Below the pieces are notes generated by a model that was not told the origin of the DNA, made no database searches, and saw only the letters and a program-made list of their open reading frames with translations. A stretch of DNA of 64,000 nucleotides from Octopus sinensis (lineage: Eukaryota): positions 27,218,001-27,282,000 of the forward strand of contig NC_042997.1 in assembly GCF_006345805.1 (NCBI RefSeq). The letters are read 5' to 3'. A program made the position numbers and the translations under genes. Shown here in pieces: positions 1 to 12,928 of this stretch; positions within the stretch are counted from its first letter, which is position 1; every line of letters starts with the position of its first letter.

Positions 1-1283
1 TAACATCTTAGGTGCACCGAGAAAAAATACCTTGCGGGTATTTCCGGTTTAGCATGTGATAACTTTCTCCTGATGTTTACACTAAGTGTTTTTGTTTTTT
101 GTTTTTCCTTATCTTTGTTGCCAGTTAGTATATCCTTCTCTCGTTCGTTTGTTAGCTCGATTATGCAGTCGGAAGAAATTTGTATACTGAACGACAGAGA
201 TTCTTATTCTTTTTTTTTTAATTTTACGTGCCTGAAGTTCCAGTTCAGCCCTACATTTCTGTTGGCTTTGTTCTTTCTGTACTTTTTACCTTCTTTGTTA
301 CAGCATCTTAGACTGGTACAGTTGGCTAAAGGAGGAAAATGCACTGACTCATCGGCTTCTGGAAACTATGATTTTCAGGTTCTTCATACACTTGGAACCT
401 GCTCTATCACTCTCCCAATCATTATTAATACTGGTAGTAGCCAAGGGATTTTTGATTCCAGGTAAGCTTCAAGCACTTATGCTTGAGTGATCTTTTTTTT
501 CAGAAATTCTGGAGATCCGACCACTAGTGCTCTGAAACCAATGTCTCGGTTGCTATTTATTTTCCTGATACATTTCCTAATTCTGTAGGCTGAAAACATT
601 TAGGTTATTTCTTTATCGCACGTATAGTAACTCGGCTGTCTACCACACAGATCTAATTTCATCGCCCCAACACGAAATGTGTTGGGGCGATGAAAGTATT
701 TTGGAAAGGCTTTATAGTGTTCACTATAACACTTTATAGTGTTATAGTGTATCGGTATGTAACAGACTTGTTTAACTTACTTTGGTACTTTTCGCCATTC
801 CTGAAATGTAAGCATGTGACCGGTACACCTCATTTTGGCCAAGTGAGTTTAATGTTCTGCCTTACATCGGCAAGCTCTATAAGTAATCGTTACTTCGCTG
901 GTACATCAAAAACTCCGGTTTCCCAAGTGAGAGTCATACACTCTCATAAAGCGGTTAGGAAGTTACACACTCTGCTTGATCCTCCAGCTCTGGTATTTTT
1001 GAGCGTTTATAAATTAACTCTCCTATAATTGATTTTAGTGTGTTACTGGCTACATTACAAAAAGTAGACATCAGCGAAGCTTGTGTGTTTATGCTGCTGT
1101 TTTCGAAAATAAGTTTTCTTTTTATTTCATTATATCAATATTTTTGTGAATTGTGACAGAGAGATTCTTTCATTTATTTCTTTACATATGTCGGCTATAA
1201 ATATTCATTTTTAAACGGAAATGTTTACCAGAATTGTTAGAGCTGTCAAGAATAACAAAAACTCTTCTTCACAGCTCAGCACC

Positions 1284-1284
<1 letters not shown>

Positions 1285-1373
<89 letters not shown>

Positions 1374-1376
1374 AAT
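1285..1376. repeat. (AAT)n microsatellite
   Basis: Direct reading. Confidence 0.98.
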
Positions 1377-2808
1377 ACAGTTCCCTCTGGCTGAACACAC
1401 AAACGATTATCAGAAAAATTTTAAAAACTTTAATAACTACAATTCTCTGAGAAAACTTTTGTTATGAAAATTTAGCTGTGAGTATTTGGCGGTGAAAATT
1501 TAGCTGTGAGTATTTTAAATTTCCTTCTAAACAAGTTGAAAATCATGCATATCCACAATTTTCTCTGGCTGAATATACAAACGATCATCTTCAAAAACTT
1601 TGAAACTTCAATACCTACAACTTTCTGTGAATACCTGTCCTTTCCTGAATATTCGAAAATGTAAACATCCTTTTAATACGAAAACACTATTGGCCGAACA
1701 CAGCTAATATTCACATTAGTTGAGGCTCACATAAGTTGATCCTTACAGGAGTTTCTCCTCACATCAGTAGATATATGGAAGAAACATCAACTGAACTGTC
1801 TTGCAAACCACTTCGACGTCACCGACTTCTAAATTCAGATCGCAGAAGGACGTTTCTAAATACTAGATTACATTTTGTTCTGCTGATTTTACTTGCCCAT
1901 CAATTTATATATTAATCTTTGCACAAAAAATAGTGGTTCTATTTAAATGTCACTACACACACATACACATACATACATACTTGAAATTTTAGTTAATGAC
2001 ACGCTTTTCGAGTGATAAGTAAACTTTTTTATTTAAGAAATATTATTGTATTCTATATAACTATTAATTGTTAAATTTGAATTTATAATTTTTTTTTATT
2101 TGTTAATGATAATTCAGATATGTACATTTATTTAATTACTATTAGCATATAATTATTATATTTGAACGTACATTTTAAGATATTAGTTAGTCACTCTGTG
2201 ATATAGATCGTAAAAATGTTTTTGATAATAGTGATGATAATAGAGATGATAATACTAATAATAAGTATTTTATAAAGATAGGTTATACGTTCTTAATTTG
2301 AATTTTTCAATTCTTAAATTGTATTTCATGAATATTTTCTATAGATATCTGTAATAATGGACTAATTTATTTCTGGTTATATGTTTATACGTTTATTGAT
2401 AGAAAATTACTATATTCGTTGATTATAATTTAGATACTTATTTTTATGTATTTATTATTTTATAATTATTATATGCGAACTAAAATCTAAAAATATTAAT
2501 AGTGATTATTTTGTTAAATAATTTGGTAATTAATTATTGGAGAATAACTGAGTTAAAGATATTCGATATTTTATTAATGTTTTTTAAGCTAAATTATATC
2601 TTCACAGATAAATACATATTTCTGTCTATTTACTCCTTTTTTACACCTTAAAAATCAAATATTTAACATAATAAATGCGTTGTAGGATATAATCCTAATG
2701 TTTTAAGTTTCCAATTTAGTTAATGGAGTTTTTTCTATAAAAAAAATTATTGTTTTATTATATAAATATTCTTTAACTCTATGTGCTTATTTATTTAACT
2801 ATTAGTTT

Positions 2809-2910
2809 TAACCTGAAGATTGACTATAATTTTAAATTGAATTTATTTCAATTAAATTTAAATTTAATTGTAATTCGAATTTAATTGTAGCCATGAAACG
2901 TACGTAGTTT
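2809..2910 (+). ncRNA. Degenerate hammerhead-like motif with large AT-rich loop II
   Basis: AAC-CTGAAGA-tTGACTA...TAGCCAt-GAA-ACGTACGT-A-GTT; short stem I. Confidence 0.4.
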
Positions 2911-3068
2911 TTTTACTTATTATATATTGATTATTCATTTTTATACTTTTTCAGATCTAGTTATATGTTTTATAAAATATTCTATTTGTTATTTATATTT
3001 TGGTTTATGTCTATCATTGTTTGAGTTGTTACATAATAGTGGTTTTATCTCTAATTTATATATATATA

Positions 3069-3109
<41 letters not shown>

Positions 3110-3621
3110 CACACATACATTAATTCTTACCTACTGCTATATAATATCTATTTCGTGAAATCTCTGTCGCTTGTACCACCATCATTAATACAAATACGAA
3201 CAAATTGAATATCACCATCAGTACGGTTACGAATACTAACACTATCACTACCACTACTACCAAGCATTTCTGTATATAACCACCATTAACGATCTGAAAA
3301 TTATCTGGCAAAAATTCTACTCAAATCCTTATAAGAAAATATGTCATATACTCTACTGGCATGAGTTTTAAGACAGATCATTTCGATCGGAGCTGAACTC
3401 CCAAATTCCAGAGTCCTGCATCCATAGCCTGCAAAAATATTAGTGCTCTTACCTGTTTCTTAAGCACTGTGAAATTTTGAGAACTTGGAAGTGTGGCAGA
3501 ATTACTCCTACTTCCGATGCACACCTTAAAAAAATCTACCTTTCATTTCCCAAAGAAATATTTGTGGAATAACAATTCCGTAAACATATTGAATAAGTTG
3601 TTGTTTTCCATTTATCTTCTA

Positions 3622-4078
3622 CTAGCAGCATAGCCCGACGTTGCCCGGGTATGTAAGAGCCCCTAGTAGGCAACGACTAATCCCAATCTAGTCCTTTCCC
3701 TCTAGGGGACGAAGGCGCATGTGTAGGTTGCAATGTCTTCTCTTCACTCGAATACTTCTGTGTATACGATGTTCCTAGCTGTCCCTTTGGGCGAAAACAT
3801 GAAAACATCATTGCGCCTCCCAACGCGTGAACAGCCCACGTACAGCCCAGAAAATGTGTTTCATATAAAAAGCTTAGATTCTCGACCCCATGTCGAATTT
3901 ATCAATTTTTTCAGAACTAGGGGAACTTTTCAAAATTTTCTCTGCATTAGTTTTAAATTATGACATTGGGCTATGTGTGTGTCAAGTTTCATCAGAATCG
4001 GTTGAAAGCCGTGGTCAGGGTGAGGGTACAACCTGACAGACACACAGACAGACAAACTGCCGTTTATATATAGAGAGA
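3622..4078 (-). mobile_element. Non-autonomous Helitron (family A)
   Basis: TC start, (CTGT)n near the 5' end, cccgggcaacgtcggg hairpin then CTAG. Confidence 0.8.
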
Positions 4079-4307
4079 TATAGCTCTTGTTTTTTTGTTT
4101 CCTGAACATTAGTCGCATTGATCTCATTCGGTTATCATGAAAGGAATATACAAATTCAATGAGTTCATTCTCGTTTTCTATTTATTTCCCTCTTCTAGTA
4201 ACAAATGAAAAAAAAAAAAACTAGAATCAATACCAAAACCTATTGTTCCATCACCGATGATCAGCTCTCTTTTATTATTTAGAAGTGTAAGCAGCTAGGT
4301 ATCCATA

Positions 4308-4819
4308 TCTATATATATAAAACTGTAGTTGTGTGAGTGTCTGTCCCCTTCGATTTAGATTCCTAACTACTCCCACATTTTGCGGTACAGTTTAACCAAA
4401 TTCGGGTATCTTATAGTCGTGATTAATATCGAGCCCGTCTGAGTATTAGCGCGCGTCTACGATGAGTCTACGATTTTAAAAATAATTTAACATCAATTTT
4501 TATTCCATTTTAATGCATAATTTTTCGTGTGTCGATGGCGGCGGAGTTGGCGTCCATGGTCACACCTGCACTTGTTTGCTTCTCCCCCTTCTTCCCTCCC
4601 TCGTGAAGCTGTGGGGAAGGAGTGTAAGGAAATCAACGTCGTAAAGCGTTGTCAAGGAGACCAGCGTTCTTTTAGAACAACGACTTCATGGCTTGAAGAC
4701 ACCAAAACAGAAATGGCTAAGAAAGCCCGAATTGGCATCTATAAGGGAAGTAACTCTCTAAAAATGCTTATATAGTTATTTCCCTTACAAACCCGAGCAA
4801 CGCCGGGCGATACTGCTAG
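4308..4819 (+). mobile_element. Non-autonomous Helitron (family B)
   Basis: A|TC...cccgagcaacgccggg hairpin...CTAG|T termini; sister copy at 8381-8771. Confidence 0.8.
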
Positions 4820-5287
4820 TATAATTATACAATAACTTCGTTGTTTCAAGCAAGCTGCGAAAGGCAATTCTGTAACATCTGCTAGAGCATAAAGGCTTGA
4901 TAGACTATGCCTGACCAGCCATCACACCGAAGCTCAGAGCAGAACCAGAGCCTGGTCTAAAGAAATTACCGACTGAGGTACTTTGGCGAAGAGGTTGTAA
5001 TTTAAAAAGAGGATTGTATTATAGTTTGTGAAATAATGAAATTGAAATCTTCTATATTTTAGAGTTCCGACTGTTTGCGCCATTGTGTTATATCTGCTAT
5101 TAATCCTTAATCCCGTACTCTTTCTGGAAATTTAGTGAATATTCACTCCACCGAAAGGTAATTTGGGATACGCTGATGACTCTACAAATTATCTGAGGAT
5201 AATAGCCACGATCAAAAGATGGTGGTATAAAGAAAATATCAGCAAGACTGCAGATGAAATTTAAAAGAAAAAATACATAAATACATA

Positions 5288-5709
5288 GGCGCAGGAGTGG
5301 CTGTGTGGTAAGTAGCTTGCTAACCAACCACAAGTTTCCGGGTTCAGTCCCACTGCGTGGCATCTTGGGCAAGTGTCTTCTGCTATAGCCGACCAATGCC
5401 TTGTGAATGGATTTGGTAGACGGAAACTGAAAGAAGCCTGTCGTATATATGTATATATATATATGTGTGTGTATGTGTATGTGTGTGTGTTTGTGTGTGT
5501 GTGTTTGTCCCCATAGCATTGCTTGACAACCGATGCTGGTGTGTTTACGTCCCCGTCACTTAGCGGTTCGGCAAAAGAGACCGATAGAATAAGTACTAGG
5601 CTTCCAAAGAATAAGTCCTGGGGTCGATTTGCTCAACTAAAGGCGGTGCTCCAGCATGGCCGCAGTCAGATGACTGAAACAAGTTAAAGAGTAAAAGAGT
5701 TAAAAGAGT
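5288..5709 (+). mobile_element. tRNA-derived SINE family A (bipartite, internal microsatellite)
   Basis: Head GGCGCAGGAGTGGCTGTGTGGTAAG..GGTTCAGTCCC (A/B-box-like), (TA)(TG)n spacer, tail ..ccagcatggccgcag..(aaagagt)n. Further copies ~9020-9600+, 10893-11032-, 18097-18560+, 21095-21290-, 22647-23180+, 24235-24610, 36575-36955-, 39435-39772-, 42990-44052-, 48855-49235-, 59885-60050-, 62676-63065+. Confidence 0.9.
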
Positions 5710-6534
5710 TTAAACCGATTTTTCTTCTCATTGACTTTTATGGGGATTATACATTCTAAGCTAACTCAGAACTAATATTTTTGGTATAGAGGATACTGAG
5801 CCATATCTAATAGAAATTTATCACACAAAGTAGCTCCTTTACTATGCTAGCTTTGCTACATGTTCTTTACTTCTTGTTGGATTTCGGTTGTTGTGCGTTT
5901 TTGTAGCGAGTCATTTGTTTTTTCCTTCTTCGCTCTTAAATCTTTCCTGTTTCTGCATTGCTGTAAAAATTTGTAGTCGCTATTGTTAGTTTTTTTACTT
6001 CAGAAATCTCTTTCTGCTGTATGTAACTCAAATCTTCTTCCAAAGCTTACTCGCCTTACATATCTTGCCATATTTCTTTATAGCAAAATTATTTTCGCAA
6101 GCATAACTTATCTGCCAGTTTCAGAATTATCTTCCAAGGTGGTGCCAAATAATTCCTTTTGTAGCAGATACCGTTGACTATAAAGCAAACTTTTAGCGAA
6201 ACGTCTGAACCCTTTCAACTTTGTATTTTCCTCTTTAAACCCATTTATCACTTTAATTACTTGTGCTTATATTACCAGTAAAATTGTGCTGTCGCAATAT
6301 TAAACCATAGTGAAATTCATCTTCCTTGACGTTTAAACAACATGCAATTCTTATTTTCCCTGTCTCTCTCAAACAGCGATGCATTTTATAATGTTCACAT
6401 ATGAAATCAGGAGACATAAATATTATCAATCTATCAACCTATCTCTCTACAAGCACACACACACATACATACATACATACATACATACATACATACATAC
6501 ATACATACACACACACACATGTATATATATATGT

Positions 6535-6731
6535 GATAGATCGCTAGCCACTATACATTCTTTATTTTCTCTCCTTGTTTCTTACTGTATTCATTTCAGT
6601 GGAAGGAAGAGCGTAGGCTCGAAACATTAAAGTCTTTTTCACTTAGCGAGCCCTATACTAATACATCTGTTTGTTGTCTACACCACATGTCTTCGTCTTT
6701 CGTTTTTGTTTATTTTTTTGTGAATTCTTCC

Positions 6732-6732
<1 letters not shown>
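6535..6732 (+). mobile_element. Solo PLE terminal (pLTR) fragment
   Basis: Shares gaagagcgtaggctcgaaac and the downstream terminal sequence with the Neptune-like 3' end, and ends in (TA)n. Confidence 0.7.
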
Positions 6733-6787
<55 letters not shown>

Positions 6788-7372
6788 CTCGCACAAATAT
6801 GTAATCTATGTGTTTTGGTGTTTTATGTGGGTATGTGTGTCTTGCAAGGAGTCAGCGGTGTATATATATTCTATTTTTTCTTTAGTCAAGTGAAAGGATT
6901 GAAATAAATCGTATAATTTGTATGCATTTATTGAAATCAGTATGGACATTAATGTTTATATGTTTGTGTTAGAATAACAAACTATCAGACAAAAGCTAAT
7001 AGCGTTCGACTTGGTAGACAGTCGTATAAACCAAAATTAAAAACATTCAAGACAAAAACACACATCATTGTTAACTTCCAAAGGAACTAAAGCAATGTAA
7101 TAGGTTTAGGAAATTCTGGTATAACGATAAGAAAAATAATAAAATCAATTTAAAATTTTGACAAGTTTTTCAAATAGTTTCTCTGCTTTATGAAATTGTT
7201 GTACACCTCTTTTTAATTACTATTTCTGACTCAGGTGAAATGACACCGACGAATAGTCGTAATGGATAATGCATCTTTTAATTCTTGGAGAAATACCGAT
7301 AACCGGACAGCTTTCTATTACTTTATGTAAAATACACTTTCTCGCTCGCTCTCTCTCCCTTTATCTCTCTCT

Positions 7373-7415
<43 letters not shown>

Positions 7416-8380
7416 ATAGGGAACTATGTAGTCTACGGTGTGATAGAGACATATTGATGCTATTTCAAACAGACTTCCTGTGTTAGTTTAAAGTGAATTT
7501 TGTTGTGGTAATTTAGCTCGAATGAGCCCTGATCGAACAAATAGGTTTCTATACATTGCATTGCGAACCTGCGAACAAGTATTTGGGGGAAAATTTCAGG
7601 GTGATTTAACTGCTATTTGTAGCAGATCGAGTGATGATGTAAAAGTTCCTTTGCCTGATTGATCATCCGTCCATAGGGCCACAAATGATAGGAACCGTGT
7701 TAATGAGTAAAAGACGGTGGTGGTTGCCTGCTTTTGCCATTGAGCCGCAGTGACATAGTTTTCGAGTTCTCAACAAGATAAAATGAAAATTCGACTACAG
7801 AATGAGTTGAAGAGCGAACATAGACGTAATTAAACAGCGTAGAGAAATTTTATGGTACTTTACATTTTCAGTAATCTAATTTTATGTGCAATTTTATATT
7901 ACATCACATCTAGTCTTTTATATGACACTCTAAATAAATTGCCATCTATTTCTATGAACAGGAATATACTTCATGATAAATGACATAGGAAATGAATTGC
8001 CCCTTATTTCTTCTCTGTGAAACTTATAAGAACAAAAGTAATTCGGGTAAATTTAGAAATAAATGGATTCGTGTATAATGTAGCCTTGTTTCCACTTGTT
8101 TTAAGCGAGCCAACAAAAAAATTTTGTTTTTTTTTTCTCTTGATAATAAGACTTTTTAGAATAGTATGTATGACAGAAACAGTTCTTAATACCTTTGAAC
8201 GCCTGTAAGTCGAAGCCTGTAATAAATAGCATAAATTGAAGAATGTGATCAGTTAGTTGCGATCTTAGGGAAGAAGAACTCGATAAAATATCAACCGGTT
8301 AACGGAAAACAGTACTTTTAAAATACTGTCCTATTCAAATATCTTACTTAAATGCTACACCATTTTTTATTTATAATTCA

Positions 8381-8771
8381 CTAGCAGTATCTCCCAGCGT
8401 TGCTCGGGTTTGTAAGGATTATAACTATAAAGCATTTTTAGAGAATTATAGCCAAAAAATAGCAAAAAATGCATTAAAAATGGAAAAAAAATTATGGTAA
8501 ATTTTTTTTTAAATCGTTGACTCATCGTAGGCATTTTTAGAGAGTTACTTCCCTTTATTTAAAAAATATGCATTAAAATAGAAAAAAATGATGGTAAATT
8601 ATTTTTAAAATCGTAGACTCATCGTAGACGCGCGCTAATACGCAGAAGGGCTCGATATGAATCACGACTATACGATACCCGGTTTTGGTTAAACTGCATC
8701 GCAAAATGTGGGAGTAGTTAGGAATCTAAATCGGAGTAGACAGAAAACAACCTTTCTTTTATATATAAAGA
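8381..8771 (-). mobile_element. Non-autonomous Helitron (family B)
   Basis: Reverse complement of 4308-4819 with internal deletions; CTAG end and subterminal hairpin. Confidence 0.8.
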
Positions 8772-9889
8772 TTTGACAGTATTGATGAAGTAGACCGGAG
8801 GTAATATCTAATTTTGATTTCTTTGAAACGTAATTACTTAAGCATCTGAAACCTCATCAATGCAATTTTATTTTAATCTTTTAGTTAGGAGAATTAGCAT
8901 GATTCATGACTATTTACAAGCCCTCCAAAACTGGTGAAATAGAAATCTTCAAGATATAGTCGAACCGGCGCTCTGGCCTGAGTACTTGCAATAAAATTAA
9001 TTCTGCTAAAGATATTCAAGGCGCTGGAGTGGCTGTGTGGTAAGTAGCTTGCTAACTAACCACATGGTTCCGGGTTCAGTCCCACTGCGTGGCATCATGG
9101 TCAAGTGTCTTCTGCTATAGCCTCGGGTCGACCAAGGCCTTGTGAGTGGATTTGGTAGACGGAAACTGAAAGAATCCCGTCGTATATATGTATAGCTGTA
9201 GAAATGAGTTGCGACGTCACTGGTGCCAAGCTGTATCGACCTTTGTCTTTCCCTTGGATAACACTGGTGGGGTGGAGAGGGGAGGCTGGTATGCATGGGC
9301 GACTGCTGGTCTTCCATAAACAACCTTGCCCGGACTTGTGTCTAGGAGGGTAACGTTCTAGGTGCAATCCCATGGTCATTCATGACCGAAGGGGGTCTTT
9401 ACCCTTTATGTATGTGTGTGTATATGTTTGTGTGTCTGTGATTGTCTCTCTAGCATTGCTTGGCAACCGATGCTGGTGTGTTTACGTCCCCGTCACTTAG
9501 TGGTTCGGCAAAAGAGATCGATACAATAAGTCCCGGGTCGATTTGCTCGACTAAAAGCGGTGCTCCAGCATGGCCGCAGTCAAATGACTGAAACAAGTAG
9601 GAGAGAGAGAGAGATGCCGGGTGGTAATGTAGTGAAGGATCGCTATAACACGTGCCAATTTTTAAAAATCCCTATATATCTTTTATCGTTTATTTGTTTC
9701 AATCATTAGACTACGGTCATATTGGGACACTGCTTTGAAGAATTTTTAGTCGAATGAATAAACCTCATTCCATCGGTCTAATTTGCCGAACCTCTAAGTT
9801 ACGGGAATGTACACACACCCATACCGGTGGTTAGAGAGGTGACGGGAGACAAGCAGAAATACGAACACAAAACACACATGTATATACAT

Positions 9890-10024
9890 AATATATATAT
9901 ATATACATTATATATATATAGATATATAAAATATATATATATATATATAAATATATATAAATATATATATATATATAAATATATATATATTATATATAAA
10001 AAAATATATATATTATAATAAAAT

Positions 10025-10055
<31 letters not shown>

Positions 10056-10195
10056 AATATATATATATATAATTATATATATAAATATATATATATATAA
10101 ATATATATATATAAATATATATATATAAATATATATATATATAAATATATATATATAAATATATATATATATGTAAATATATATTATATATAAAT

Positions 10196-10258
<63 letters not shown>

Positions 10259-10301
10259 ATGTATATAATATATATATATATATATATATAATATAATATA
10301 T

Positions 10302-10338
<37 letters not shown>

Positions 10339-10339
10339 A

Positions 10340-10425
<86 letters not shown>

Positions 10426-10429
10426 ATGT

Positions 10430-10480
<51 letters not shown>

Positions 10481-10490
10481 TATATATATC
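9890..10490. repeat. Long degenerate (TA)n tract
   Basis: Direct reading. Confidence 0.98.
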
Positions 10491-10766
10491 AATAATAACA
10501 TACTGTTAGTTGGAGAGGTATATTCGATTCTTCCATTGCCTTCGGATTTAATATTGTGAAGTCCTATGCTGAAGAAGAAAATGTTTGGGTAATGTATAAA
10601 TTCTACATTCTTTATACCAATCTAATTCCGAAACGCGTACATGTGTAATCAAATATCGATTGATTTTCGTTATTTTTCCTCTCTGCCTGCGTAGATTGCT
10701 TTCAAGTACTTTGTTTCTATCCGGGAGCTTCTTTTAAAGTAGAGGAAATAGCTAAGGTTCTTTGGC

Positions 10767-10873
<107 letters not shown>

Positions 10874-11724
10874 ATAAATATAGATGGATGTATACGACAA
10901 GCTTCTTTCAGTTTCCGTCTACCAAGTCCACTCACAAGGCGCTGGTTGGCCCGAGGCTATTGTAAACAACACTTATCCAAGGTACCGCCACGCAGTGGAA
11001 CTGAACCAGGAACCGTGTAGTTTGGAAGTAAGTTCAGACGATAGTCGAAATGTGTTCAAATATTCAGTATATCGGTTTCGGTTCTGTACTATTGGAAGAG
11101 GTTAGCATCTGGTGTTAATAAGTATTTTTTTAGCCAATGAATGTAAAAGGATTTTATACTGAAAACAAGAGAGCTAACGAGAGAGTCTCTCTTGGTCATG
11201 CGGTGAGCAAGAAACGGTGCTCATATTGCACCCAATCATCTTAAATCGGAAGGTTACATTGCACAAACTATAACCTCTGATCTGAAAAGAACGTGATAGC
11301 CACAGGTAGAATGACCTTCATAATAAATCTGTTAGAAGAGTGCTGGCCTGGGGTTTAACAAAGCAGCACATTCAACACGATACAATTACACGAAAATTAT
11401 ATTCGATCAGTACAATTTGTCTACCAATAGACAGAGTAAACAGCAAAAACTATCACTAATCAAAAATACGTTTGCCATTAGATATTTTCAAAAATATAAT
11501 TGAAGCTACAAGAAAAGGTACATGTTATCACTCTTAAAGTAACTACGAAGCCATTGCCCTTTAATGGATCTTGCTTAGTGCGGCTATCATCCAAGTGTAC
11601 CTGTAGATTCTATTTGCTATTACGAATAATATTATGTACTAGTTTCATAGCACTAGTGCAAATATTACTTAGAATTCAAACTTTCAATATTAAATGAAAA
11701 CTACAAATTTATATTTATTACGGA

Positions 11725-11900
11725 AATGTACTTGTATAGTAAGTGACCTGATCTGAGATCGTGTGCTAGAACGAAAACAATTGCAGTGTGAAAGCCATTT
11801 AAGAAACACACAAAAGCCGTTAGATTCACTTCAACATTTAAATTTAATTTGTCAAAATATTTTCGTCGCTTTCAGACCACGACCTGTTCACTGACAAATT
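11725..11900 (-). mobile_element. Second copy of the G3-C8 HHR-bearing PLE-like terminus
   Basis: gatctgagatcgtgtgct..gaaaacaattgcag..aagaaacacacaaaagccgtt..tttgtcaaaatattttcgtcgc..gacctgttcactgacaaa is shared with 50860-51024. Confidence 0.65.
11846..11900 (-). ncRNA. Type I hammerhead-like motif, G3-C8 variant (second copy)
   Basis: AATTTGTCA-GTGAACA-G-GTCGT(ggtctgaaa)GCGAC-GAA-AATATT-T-TGACAAATT. Confidence 0.6.
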
Positions 11901-12299
11901 TATATATCTGCTCAAATTCCCATGAAATATATGATACATAGCTTCATTTTCATTCTTTAAACTAACTCTGAGATTTTAGAATACATCAGCCTAAAGTAAT
12001 ATAGACGCAAAATGAAATAGATAGACAAACATAATTTCAGTTCTAGCCACAGGTGGCCACAACGTAGTATTTAAACACGCATAATGCCTACCACACACAC
12101 ACACACATATTCATAAATTGAGATACAGACGGCATGTTTCATTGTACTATCTTAATTTCCTCTCTGTATGACTATGAATATATAATACTATATTGGAATT
12201 TTTCGTTTCCGGTTGTAATAAATAATAACTATCAATATTCATTACAGAAATGTTAATTGCTTTTTACACTTGTATATATGCATATGCAAGGAGGAACAT

Positions 12300-12770
12300 A
12301 TATATAGATACATAAAAAATGTATATATATACATACATACATACATACACATATATATACATACATACATACATACACATATATATATACATACATACAT
12401 ACACATATATATATACATACATACATACACATATATATATATATATATACATACATACACATATATATATATATATACATACATACACATATATATATAC
12501 ATACATACATACACATATATATATACATACATACATACACATATATATATATATATATACATACATACACATATATATATATATATACATACATACATAC
12601 ATACACATATATACATACATACATACATACATACACATATATATATATACATACATACATACATATATATATATATATACATACATACATACATACACAT
12701 ATATATATACATACATACATACACATATATATACATACATACATATAAACTTATACATGCACACACACAC
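12300..12770. repeat. Compound (TA)n/(CATA)n tract with higher-order periodicity
   Basis: Repeated unit ~ (at)n(acat)n acac. Confidence 0.95.
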
Positions 12771-12863
12771 ACGACTACATTAACATACATAAGATTACTC
12801 AAAAGCAAATAGCTAAAAGTGCAAGTTAATAATAATAGTATGAAACCATCTATAATGGGAATG

Positions 12864-12928
<65 letters not shown>

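Noticed and set aside
1-1030. Coding-like minus-strand stretch with a CxC motif (possible ancient transposon protein)
   Set aside because: Multiple stops in every frame and no motif I can assign with confidence. The same applies to 5750-6310.
1749-1915. Possible host exon after ccttacag acceptor (VSPHISRYMEETSTELSCKPLRRHRLL...)
   Set aside because: No recognisable domain, donor site or partner exon; cannot be distinguished from chance without RNA-seq.
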